Origin: Ylistrum balloti
Lineage: Eukaryota
NCBI RefSeq assembly: GCF_031769215.1
Contig: NW_026782111.1
Coordinates: 310,001-374,000 of the forward strand
DNA length: 64,000 bases
Direction of reading: 5' to 3'
Position 1 is the first letter of the stretch; the number at the start of each line of letters is the position of its first letter. The notes beneath the pieces were generated by a model. It was given only the letters and a program-made list of their open reading frames with translations. It had not been told where the DNA came from and did not search any database. Of this stretch, positions 39,085 through 51,264 are shown piece after piece. The translations under genes were made by a program, and so were the position numbers.

Positions 39085-41989
39085 CAGTTTAATTCATTAC
39101 TATTTGTTTATGCTGTATCTGATTCTAAATTTGTATCGAAAAATGCTATATATATTTCATTTTATTTTGTAGAAACTTATGTTAAATTGAATTAACTAAC
39201 CGTGTAAACTCCAGGAACCCTTACCCTTTTTACTCGCAAGAGATTTGATAAATAAGCAATGCATTCGTAATGTTATATCCAAAAATAGGCAGCAAAACTG
39301 GATATCTGGAGCGTCGTCCTTGGTTCATATACAATTTGATAACCTTTTATTTATAAACTCAGCTTGTGCAAATAACGCATCATGACTAGGCATGTGACGT
39401 CATCGCGCGTGTAAATGTTAAATTGATTTCATTCATCGTGTCTTCAAAATGACCTTCATTCAGGTACGGAAGTTATGTCTTTGAGTAGTCACATTACAGA
39501 TGCGTCCAGGATTTGGAATGGTATGAATAAATGAATAATTTTTTCAGATTCAATAAAGAAACGAAACGGAAAATATCCCATTTAGGTTGACTGTTGATCA
39601 TGTCTTTTTCTAGTTGGGATTTATAAATATGGTTACAAGGAGTTGATGTTTTGTCAGTGTTAAAGTTGTATATCGAAGTTAAGGTCCCACCTAGTTTATT
39701 TTGTCTAAACTGTTAATTGTTTCCCGCTCAAAGTTAATTAACACAGAGAAGTTTCTCTCAGAATTTGTTCGGTATTATAATTTCAAAAAGTACTGTGTAA
39801 TGATAAAGTATCTTATACTACTACTAACTTAACTTGCTTCTAAAACTGAAACTAATGCCAGTTTAATCATTAACATGGTATTTTTGTACAATACTTTACA
39901 CGAGCTGAAAATTGTTTCGGAAAAATGAATTCTGAAACAAAGAGGTTTAGATTTTACATGAAACATATTTGACGAATTAATATCCCCACTACCGCCTAAA
40001 ATATAATTCGTGAAATATTGGGACACGTGTGTAAAGATTTGTTTGAAATGAAAATCGCGAAAATGCTGACCCGTGAAAATTATCAGCCATAAAGTATGTG
40101 GTCTTTCATTAGTTTTATTACATACTTCACGAAATAGGTGTTGTGAAAAAAACTGAGAGGATTACAAAATAAGACAGTAGATTTCGCTTCAGTCTCCTAA
40201 GAATTTATTTCGTTACATGGATCGACGTTCGGCCTCAGAGGCGATTTTCATTGGCGTTTATATCGGAAGTTCAAATAAGAATGTTTAAAAATATAGATTT
40301 GATAAGCAATGGTCAAATAGATTCTGGCAATTTTTGATAATAATCAAAATAATTCCAGACGTTTTTGCCTACATCCATCATTTATTCTGTTATGTTCTAT
40401 TGTTATTCTGAATTCTCTTTGTGCGGTCCTGAATTTTTATCACAATGTAGTCATATACTCATCATTTCAGAATTAAATTGATCAACAAAAGTTACAACTT
40501 TGCAAAACTGTAGTCGCCATATGGTTAAACAAATTAAAATTACCACCCTTTAGCCTCATCAGAATATCTGGTGTCTCTACAAGTAATTGATAACCGAGGA
40601 CGAAAGAGGTGCATCGGTGATATAAATATAGGGATCACACAATTATTATGTTCATAACTGTACACAGACTGTGCATGGCACACACCACTACGGAACCCCA
40701 TCAGTAAATAATGTCACATTGTTTAATTAAGGCATATTTCAGCCCCATAGCTCAAACATCAGTTTCGCGTAACAGCATATGCGCGTGGACAAATCAAATT
40801 AACGCTAAGGGAAGCAGAAGATTACAGACTGAAGTTGAAGGTGGGCGGAAGCGAATATTTTGGGATCTTTTATGACAGGTAGGGGGCCTATAATCAAATA
40901 CCCTATTAGGGTCCATTAGTCACGCGAAATGGTCAATGTGTAAAATGGTCCTCGGTAGGAGTGGATATGTGATCATGCCCAGCCGGGTGCAGCGTCAAGC
41001 TTGCAGATGAATATGATGTGTAAATTTAACTAATTGTTATATTAAATAAACCGTTGTGGTGACTATTTGATCGGCGCTGTATGTGTTCAAATGGGTAGAT
41101 GTCCTAATGTATCTTTAAGTACAATGGTGAATAAAGGTGGGCGGGTCTGGATCTCTGTGTGTCCCCAATGAAGATGATAACCAAAGCCGACTGTCAACCA
41201 CTAACCCAACAGATCGGTAGGGGCCGACCATACCATCAAAGGAGACCTGACCCGACACGGAGGGTTACTAATTATAGAGCAGGTGGACGAGAGGAAACCA
41301 AGTAAAGCGGTGTAATTGATATTCGCTTCGCTTCACTATGATACAGTGTAACCAGGCAGATCCTCTAATTGAAAGTTTGATGCTCTACTATCTCTCTTCT
41401 TCCGAACCCCTTTTCAGTTTTGTATTTTCAATACAGTACACCAGCCACAACGAAGATAGTACACTTTAAAATCTAGATTTTCCAATCATTGCTAGATTTC
41501 CTAACTTGTTTCATAATTAATAAGTGATCAGACGAAAAAAGGTTTATGACGTAAATCGCTCCAACAGTTACACTATCCTTTCCCTCACAATCAAATCTCT
41601 AAGCGCTCTGGGATTCATTATAGTTGCGAATGTCGAAATTAGCCTTCTTTTTCTTCTCCAAGTAATATTTCCGAAACTTCAATTAACCGTCTTTTTTAGC
41701 GTTAATTTTCTTTAATTGGGAAACTTTTCTACGACGTAAATGGTGATAGTAATAGCCCGGCATGTTAGAATATGTGCCATTTACTGAGGCCGCTACAGAC
41801 AATGAATGTTCGGCAGTCGACCTTTGTTCATTAAGACTTGACAACTATAGGGAATGTATTACACAGCCACTCACCAAGAACACATAAATGGTTGTAGATA
41901 TAATGATTAGTATATACCTACCAGCCTACATCTACATTTGTAAACGAAACAAAACCAATTGGTACAGAACCAATTAACAATACTGTGAT

Positions 41990-42312
41990 AAAGAAGAGAG
42001 GTTCCGAAAGGACAAACGTACACCAGAGGAGAGAGGTCCTGAAAGGACAAATGTACAATACAGAATGGTTCTGAAAGTACGAGCATGAAAAAGAAAGAGG
42101 TCCGGAAACGGCAAACATGCAACAGAGAAAGTTCTGAGAGGACAATATAAGAGAGAGTGGTTCTGAAGTCACAAACATTTAAAATAGAGAGGTTCTGGAG
42201 TTACATTCATACAACTAAGAGAGGTTCTAAAAGGACAAACAAATAACAGAGAGAAGTTCTGAAGGAACAGCCATATGACAGCGAGAAGTACTGAAGGGAC
42301 AAACATACAACA
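41990..42312. repeat. Degenerate ~32-bp tandem repeat, about 10 copies
   Basis: Recurrent GAGAGGTTCTGAAAGGACAAACATAC at roughly 32-bp spacing. Confidence 0.75.
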
Positions 42313-44524
42313 TAATCTTATCTCTCATTCAAACTATACCTCATATGTTGTCTTCAACATTTTCTACACTCGGTATGAAATCTTAGACGGATATTGACCA
42401 AGACACATTCTGCCATGTTGAACTTGAATATTTGACATCAGCAGACTATTATTTAATCCTTAATTATTTTCTCTGGTCTGGTTCCCCTTTCTATACTTGT
42501 GAGGTCAAATATCACAAAACACAGTCCAAATATTATATAATTAAACATAATTCCAAATGTCATACAAATATTTAAATACATATCGTACAATTTACTTGCT
42601 TGCGCTCATAAGCATATCAATTAAAGGTATTTTTTTCAAAATAAGTGTCTTCGGCTTTTAGTCAGAAGAGAGACGCTAACCTTTAAAAAATTATTTTTGT
42701 AGATTTTCTTAAGAACATATTTGGTTGATTTTGTATTCCATGAAACATTGAATTCAATAAACGAATTCAATCCCCTTTTCAGAACGACCATTCATTGTCA
42801 AGGATTTATCTGTAAAGTTTCGGATTGTGTGAAAATAAGTCATTATCTAAAGCATATAATTAGGATTTACGAGCAACACACGTGAACATGTTCTTTATAG
42901 TTTAGTATTATAAAAAGAAAAAAAACAAAAAACAAAAAAGCGACATGTGTTTAAAATTAACATCATCTCAGACGGCTGTGAAAAATATCAATTTTTCCTC
43001 ATAGCAACTATTGTTCCATCCGAATATTATCAGATTCCAGAATTTCGAAATATGAATGCCTGTTCTTTTTTTTCGACATGCTAAAATATCATTTGATGAG
43101 TCACGCATTGTAAACATTCGTTTAATACATATTGTTTCATTGATTTTTATTTCAGATTCCATCCTGGATCTTTGTTGTACGTATCATTAGATTGTAATTT
43201 AAATACAATGTAATGCAAGTTATCTATTATGCTAATAGTGAGTTGATTGAATATCCTTAATATTACTAATCTTGGTAGCTCATGCTTATAAAGTCATCAC
43301 GTCATTATAGTATTGACAGGCCGTAGCTATGTAATATATGCCGAAGGTCTCGCCTAACTGACAATCTGGTTGAATGGGCAACATTTGGACATCTGTTAGG
43401 TTTTACACATCCATTCATTACGTTTCACTCATTAAAATTTAATGACATGTTTTGGATGCTTTGGAGTAGAGTTCGCTCCTTTTCTCATCAACGAAATCAG
43501 GAGAAAAAGAGCAATATTCACTGGTGTCTTCCTCATCACCAGCAATCAAAGCCATCATTCATGTTTCAAATTAACAAATCGATTCCATGTAACATTTTTT
43601 TTAATAAGCAACTTTTTTTTCTTTTATAATTTTCGAAATTGAAAAATCTAAAATACATTTTTTTCAACTGTTAAATTTTGTAAAAGCGTTTTCAAAATAT
43701 AAACTTTTTCATTGAACGGTTCATGTAGTTTCACACGTCAAATAAAAACTTCTTGCTTAATGGCTCATATGTTAAGTCTCTGTGATAACCATATTTCGAA
43801 GGCCATTAAATATTTGTTAAATTTAATTGGGATGTGGCGAAAAGGACGTGGATAACCTTTGGGTCACCATGGTGTTAGTTGGGACACCATTAATTGAGTC
43901 AACAGAATGCAAGGGCATATAACCATATGACGGTATGGAAGGGTTTTACAAACTAACGGGCAATTGGATATTATGTGTTAGTCTTATTATTTTTAATTAA
44001 GATCTATTCGACACCTGGCAGTATGGCATGTTCTATTTCCCCATCCAGACTTTTAAGAGATATGACTTCTCATGTATTACATTTCATTTAAAAACAAAAA
44101 AGAATTTTCGCCTCTAAATTGAAACTATTATTGTCAATGGATTTAAAAGCAGATGGTATTTCGCGTTAAATTATTCTAGCATTCTCAAAGTGGTGTAAGT
44201 ATGATACGGCAAACCGCTGAGGCTTGTTATAATTGAGAGACACTCTAGCCAATGCCTTCCTAACGGAGACTCATTGCGGCAGCGCATCTATTCATTGTCT
44301 CGTTAGGGGCTTTTGCGTGGTAACAATGAGATGCAGAAATTATCCATTAATAATAATGATATATTAGTTTTATGCAAAAATTCTCTTCTACTTGTATTTT
44401 TCTTTATCATTATTTTGATATTTCGTCCGTCTGTAAAAATTCTGAAATCTATTTGATGAATTCCCCGAATATTTTTTTTATTATTATTATTCCGCCAATT
44501 TAGTTTTCAACAGTCGAAGTTTAA

Positions 44525-44675
44525 CCTACGTTTCAACACTGAAAGCCCCTAGCATCACTGACGATTCCTTGAATAACAAAACACCTGTATGTATGATGCA
44601 GTTCATTTCATTATTCTGCAATACGATATCTAATTCTAATTTGCTTTTGAAAAGTGTCATTCACTTATGTGTGGT
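44525..44675 (+). mobile_element. HHR carrier element, decayed hammerhead (44550-44598)
   Basis: CCCCTAGCATCACTGACGATTCC...ACACCTGTATGTATGATGCAGTTCATTTCATT...GAAAAGTGTCATTCACTTATGTGT. Confidence 0.65.
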
Positions 44676-45577
44676 TTGTATAATCCTTCGTTCATTGCGG
44701 CTGCAAGATTCGTTTTAAATTAAAATCCATTGTACTGAAAATGCTAGTTTTGTTGAAACATATTCCCCTTTTACAACCCATGTATATTGTGCCATTGGAA
44801 GAATTTAAAAGGTACAAAAAATTTATTATCCTTTGAGGCTGTTTAATATTCCAAATTATATCGTTATCAAGAAAGTCCATCAAAAAGGTTTCGAAACCCA
44901 GAATCTAGTTTATTACGCATACAGTATAACAATTGAGAAGTCGTAATAAAAGTCACTTGGTGACAACATGTAGGTAAATTATGAAATTATTAGCATACAC
45001 GTGACAACAGACACCTGAAATACCTTAAATGTTGGTGTCATGTTATTTTGTAATGAAATTTAGATTAAAAGAATATTTACAGTCTACTCAAATTCATGAT
45101 AATTGCTATGTAAACTGACATTTTATATGCAACTAGTTGGCTCACAAAACGTGTTTTTTTACAATGATATCGTTAACAATTGACAAAATATTAATTTGTT
45201 CTGGTATAGGTGTGTGCTTATACATGTATGCAAAACGAAATATACATATTTATGATTTTATTTGTATAAGAAAAGTGAATTAAGCAATGAAGGGTGTGTA
45301 TGTGTTCCTGCTTGCTTGACGGTCTTGTTGGTCGAATGCGACATACGATGCGAGTTATAAGTAATAAATGGAGTGCATTCCTTATAAAATGGCTTCCTTT
45401 AAAAGTATGATACATTTTATCTCGAAATAGAATAAAATACTAACATATTTAAATGATATACACGGTAAGCGAACCACTAGGCATATTCATTAAGAACATA
45501 AAACATACAAATATATTTAAATTATATGCATGTAAACGGACCGATTTATGTTTTCCGTTAATGAAATAATTCAAGTG

Positions 45578-46583
45578 ATATACAGAGTAAACGGACCTCT
45601 TTGCATATCATCCCTGAGTAGTATAAAATTCACTATCATATCTAAATGATATTCACCGTAAACGGACCTTTTCACGTCATCCATGAGTAGTATAAGAATC
45701 ACTATCATATCTAAAGGATATTCACCGTAAACGGACCTTTTCACGTCATCCATGAGTAGTATAAAATTCAATCACTAATTGATATCATATCTCATCCAAG
45801 GATGATATACACCGTAAACGGACCTTTTCACGTCATCCATGAGTAGTATAAAATTCACTATCATATCTAAATGATTTTCACCGTAAACGGACCTTTTCAC
45901 GTCATCCATGAGTAGTATAAAATTCACTATCATATCTAAATGATTTTCACCGTAAACGGACCTTTTCACGTCATCCATGAGTAGTATAAAATTCACTATC
46001 ATATCTAAATGATATACACCGTAAACGGACCTTTTCACGTCATCCATGAGTAGTATAAAATTCACTATCATATCTAAATGATATACACCGTAAACGGACC
46101 TTTTCACGTCATCCATGAGTAGTATAAAATTCACTATCATATCTAAATGATATACACCGTAAACGGACCTTTTCACGTCATCCATGAGTAGTATAAAATT
46201 CACTATCATATCTAAATGATATACACCGTAAACGGACCTTTTCACGTCATCCATGAGTAGTATAAAAATCACTATCATATCTAAAGGATATACACCGTAA
46301 ACGGACCTTTTCACGTCATCCATGAGTAGTATAAAATTCACTATCATATCTAAATGATATACACCGTAAACGGACCTTTTCACGTCATCCATGAGTAGTA
46401 TAAAATTCACTATCATATCTAATTGATATACACCGTAAACGGACCTTTTCACGTCATCCATGAGTAGTATAAAATTCACTATCATATCTAAATGATATAC
46501 ACCATAAACGGACCTTTTCACGTCATCCATGAGTAGTATAAAATTCACTATCATATCTAAATGATATACACCGTAAACGGACC
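45578..46583. repeat. 69-bp minisatellite, about 14.5 near-identical copies
   Basis: Unit ATATACACCGTAAACGGACCTTTTCACGTCATCCATGAGTAGTATAAAATTCACTATCATATCTAAATG; TAAACGGACC recurs every 69 bp from 45815 to 46574. Confidence 0.97.
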
Positions 46584-46879
46584 TATCGATATTTTCATTA
46601 GGCTGAACATTGTGCAAAGTTTGAAAAGCTGTTGCGACTAATTTCCGGTTTTTTTGTTTTTTTTTTTAGAATGGGATTTTCGAATTGCAGTGGTCCGAAT
46701 ATGATGTTGAAACACACATGGAACTTCATTTCAAAGATATGAGAATAACATAACTTAAACAAATCTATATATGATATAACTACCAGGGCCACGCTTTCAA
46801 CAGATTTTACAAAATACACACAGGAGAACAACATCTTTTAATAATTTCGAGTTAGGAGTTGAGATACAGTAGAACCAAA

Positions 46880-47035
46880 CAATTAATTAAACTGCATCAT
46901 ATAGCTGTTTTGTCCTTCTAGACCTCGTCAGTGATGTCAAGGGTCTACATTTTGAAGCCTAAAGGGCGAGTGATGAAAATAAAAAGTGATCGGAAGAAAG
47001 GTCAAAATCTAGACGGCGAAGTGCAGCAGCCCTTA
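46880..47035 (-). mobile_element. HHR carrier element, solo hammerhead (46895-46939) with long 5' flank
   Basis: RC GACATCACTGACGAGGTCTAGAAGGACAAAACAGCTATATGATGCAGTTTAATT; the flank matches 28560-28640 and 61335-61395. Confidence 0.72.
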
Positions 47036-48187
47036 ATTAAATGAATTATCAATCCATTGCGAAATGGATTTATTTAGATGTGAATTGTGCACAATTTGCA
47101 TACTTATTTTTGTTTTTTAGTGGTAGCTTCTTAATCTAAATGTTAAATTAAAAATATTTATATTACTTTTTTTACAAATAAAAGTTGAGGAACGTGAAAT
47201 AACTAATAACTATTCTACAATAGAGATAGTCTTCATTGTCCATCATGTTGGACTTCTACAAGGGATGGTATTGAGAAAACTGTATGAATTAGTCTGCTGT
47301 AGCAAATATTCACCGTCGTTTCCACATATGATGAAAATATATCGTTCACAAAAGAAATCGTGCAAGGACAGATCTGCAGAGTAATTAGGAATTTCTATTG
47401 AAAAAACTTTTTTTTTTCAACAAGTACAAGTTTCTGGTAACATTGTATCTGACGTAAGGTTAAACGATCCTTCGTTCTTATTTGCACATACAGTTTTTGT
47501 ATTTGAAATGTAAATTGTATTTACATTTAATCTAAATGTGATGTGCATAATTCATCAGAATGAAATGAAATGTTCTGGTTTATTTCTTCAGGATTTTCCT
47601 GATGAGTGCATCCTAATGGACATAAAACTACGCAGGGTTTCCATACATATCTTAACCCCTGCTTATCGTTCATATTTCCCTTGCAAGATCTGCTTGTCAT
47701 TTCCTATCCTTAGTTTTGCTGTTATCATTGCCAAAGCCACTCAAAGGTTAGTGAACAATTCCACTTATTACCACCGAAGATTACTAAAGGTAAAAATCAA
47801 CGCTACCGATATATCAATCTGTCCTAAAATAACCTACAGCTGTAAAATGATACAGAGTGTTCAGAATTTTATTTGATTCATACTTGAAATTCTTCATTAA
47901 CCACTGGTTAAATTTTACTAACCATTGAACAACCGTGGACTGCATGCGTTGTCTAAAATCTTGGCTGTAAATAGGATTTGCTTTCTTTGAATAAACACGA
48001 TCCAATATAAAACAACCAGATAATTGATTGAATTTGTAGTTACATTCCTTCTCCTCTGCCGCTGTCAAGATAATCACCCGTCTATTTGATAGATCAGAAC
48101 GAAAAATAGTTTATTCTCTTATCTATAATGTAACACTGTGTATGTCGATTTGGACTTTCTAAACTACCCTTATAGATTCCCACAACG

Positions 48188-48250
48188 CTGACCCTTAGCA
48201 TCACGATATTAAATCGAAAGAAAACAAACAGCTGTATGACGCAGTTTTCT
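48188..48250 (+). mobile_element. HHR carrier relic, core lost
   Basis: GACCCTTAGCATCAC...AAACAGCTGTATGACGCAGTTT keeps the stem I and stem III ends of the module. Confidence 0.5.
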
Positions 48251-50875
48251 AAATTGTTCTATATTTATTGTATCACTGTATCTATGGCTTAATTCATTGA
48301 CCAATTACAATCTCGGAAAGCTGAAACTATTCTGGTATTTTTTACCACAATTTTTTGTTAATCATTCTTTTGTATCTGTTTTGCTCTCGTTTTCAACGAA
48401 TTTGAATAAAAAAAATGTTTTAACTGCACACTGTTTTTTTTAATATTTCTTCCCCTTTTTTGACTATTCTGAACAAGCAAGAGGTGATGCAGCTTTGGAC
48501 ATAATGACAAGTTATGTTAAAAATCTGATAAATGAACTCCAGCGCAGAGGCAAAATGATCTCACCCTTAATAGTGTCAAGATTCCAGATCTATACTAAGT
48601 TATCTTTTTTTACATTTTATCAACATTTTTTGGACAATCGGAACCAGAAATATTACATTGCCATACGCCTTTCTGCTTTAAATTCTTTATGTCTTGTTCC
48701 ATTTATTTAGATATTAATTTGTTTGTACTTGCGTCGGTTTTATTATGGCAAGATGTCGTTGTTCTTTGTCTATTACATATATCGTATGTATATCGTGTTA
48801 CTGTATAAGTATTACATATCAGATACCATGTAAAATTATCAGTTTTGTCACATCGCAAATTGAATTAAAAAGAATATAATTCAAAAAGAATTAATTATAT
48901 TTCCATGACTAATGATTCAATTAATAAGAATATATTAAGTAACATGGCAAAACATATGCATAAAATAATAAACAATGTTTTAAAACGTATGACAGAATGA
49001 CATGCATTGTCATGTGCCTGCTTAACTCGTTCCATACATCATAAAGTTAACGTAAGATCTCGAGCAGTCTCGAACAATTGAATACGAAAATTCGGTTATA
49101 AAAGTGCTGACGTACGTCTACTAAAATTCCAAGTGTTTCAGTCACACCTTGTCCAGACATGTTAAGATTCCACTATTTACATGTTGAGCATCAATACAAA
49201 TGTCGACCCATTAATGTAACGACAGGTTTAAAGTTTAACTTGATTACTTCGGCCCAACTCCATTTACGATGGATGTAAAATCTAACAACATTTAACGGGA
49301 AACATTTTGAAAAAAGTTATAGGCCCATGCGTTGTTCTAGTTGACATTTGTCAACTGCCATATATCTTTGCTCTCATCGTTACCTATTTCTGTTCCAAAT
49401 GAATGGTACGTGTAACGAACTCACTGACATATTGGGGTGATTTTGTCCACTTATTTTCACCCTAATATAAAGCCTTGCATCCGCTTTATGTAAACTTTCA
49501 TAAGGCAAACAGACATTATATAGTCTGCATTTTTCGTCTCGTACTGTAGTTACTGTTTTCACTCTCATTTGCTAGAATTGGATCAATTTTCATTCCTATC
49601 CCTATTTCAAATTTTCCGAAAAGGTTGAAAGATAATGCAATTGCTTTCGGTAGGATAATTTTTTTTTCAAATAATATAATTTTTAACCATATAATGTATT
49701 TCTGGTCTATTTTATATTTAAACTATCAAATACTACAGAACAGTGAATGCATCGAACCGAGATCCTCTGTAACCTTTGACCTTTCATCCTTTGTTATATA
49801 AAGAATACATAAAAAAACAGCGAGGAGATTACATTGACTTCGTAACACATTTTATTTATGCACATCGATTTCTTTGCCGAAATCGATCGTTAAATGCGCA
49901 GATATTTCTTTACCACGCACGATAAGATCACTTTTGTTTAACTCCTCATGGCATTTTAATGGTGTATAATCCAGGGGAATGATTTTTTCATATTAAGTTT
50001 ATTATTGTTGTTGGAATTTCCGAAATCGTACAAAGGACACAAAAATAGCGTCTTCTTTTAAACATGTTGAAATTAGATACAAATACAGAACTATGCCAAA
50101 CAATGCATTAAACTGTACTAGCTTTGAACAGGCAGGTTTTTTTTTGTTCTGGTCCCTCTAAAACTAACCCAAAAATCTATGCAATAGACGTATATTGTGT
50201 TATTGGTTGATAAAATTTTATAATTCCGTGTAAAATTGTCTTGAGAGTTTTACTATTCTTCACGCAAACGACTTTATCTCGCAATTTGGTTACATCTGTT
50301 TACCATTATCAGATGTGTTCGGAACCATCAGCAGTCTGCATCAACTTATTTTTTTTGATGAAAAATTCTTTTCAATTAAATTTATCTTGTTCTGGACGAT
50401 CTACCCACAGTGAAAGATAGAAACAACAAGAAACAGTCATACAGATAAAATCATTTAATTTACATTTGTAAATAACATATTTTAATGGTGAATTTACAAT
50501 TTCAAATTTCATAATATGCAGATTACAACATGTGGATATGGTTGAGCTACGATTTGTTGGTTTAACCTGATAGAATTGTAATGTAAGCATCTTTTTGAAA
50601 TAATCTGTTCGAGTTTCTCTTTCGCTATGATATCCCGTAATATCGATGTATATTGTTCGAAAATAGACCACATATTAAGACTAAGAACAATATACTTAAT
50701 TACTAGGATAAATATTCACGCATTTTTAATTTCAGTTTTATTTTATTTTACTGTATATAGATTTCTTCAATGCATGTTTTTAAACTAATAACTAATGGAA
50801 TTATCTTTTGTATAATTTAATATTTTCGAGGTTTACTCTTTTCTAACAAAGCATTTAAAATCAATGTTAGTCTAA

Positions 50876-51264
50876 AATAAATATCTTATATGTGGATAGT
50901 ACTAATTTTTAAAAGTTTGAGAAAAAACGCAGCCATATTTGTTATCAGTGTGTACTAATTATCAATTTTTCCCTTCAATTACATATCAATTTCTTGGTGT
51001 TGCATTTCTTTCATGTCATTGCATATCTTCCAGTAGCGTTTTAAAAGTAATCTTTTGACAACCATAAACAGATGTTAGCTTGAAAATAATATCTCCGATA
51101 TGGATAGTACTAATTTTCAAAAGTTTGAGAAAAAAAAACTGCGGCCATATTTGTTATCAGTGTGTCCTAATTATCAATATTTCCCTTCAATTACATATTA
51201 TTTTCTTAGCATATCTTCCAGTATCGTTTTAAAAGTAATCTTTTGACAACCATAAACAGATGTT
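50876..51264. repeat. Local tandem duplication of ~200 bp (two copies)
   Basis: 50876-51076 and 51084-51264 share GGATAGTACTAATTTT...TGACAACCATAAACAGATGTT; copy 2 lacks about 25 bp. Confidence 0.9.

Noticed and set aside
40737-40790. GCCCCATAGCTCAA resembling a tRNA 5' end
   Set aside because: No B box, T arm or acceptor-stem partner follows.
45571-46617. 280-aa ORF with a 23-aa repeat
   Set aside because: Translation of the 69-bp minisatellite.
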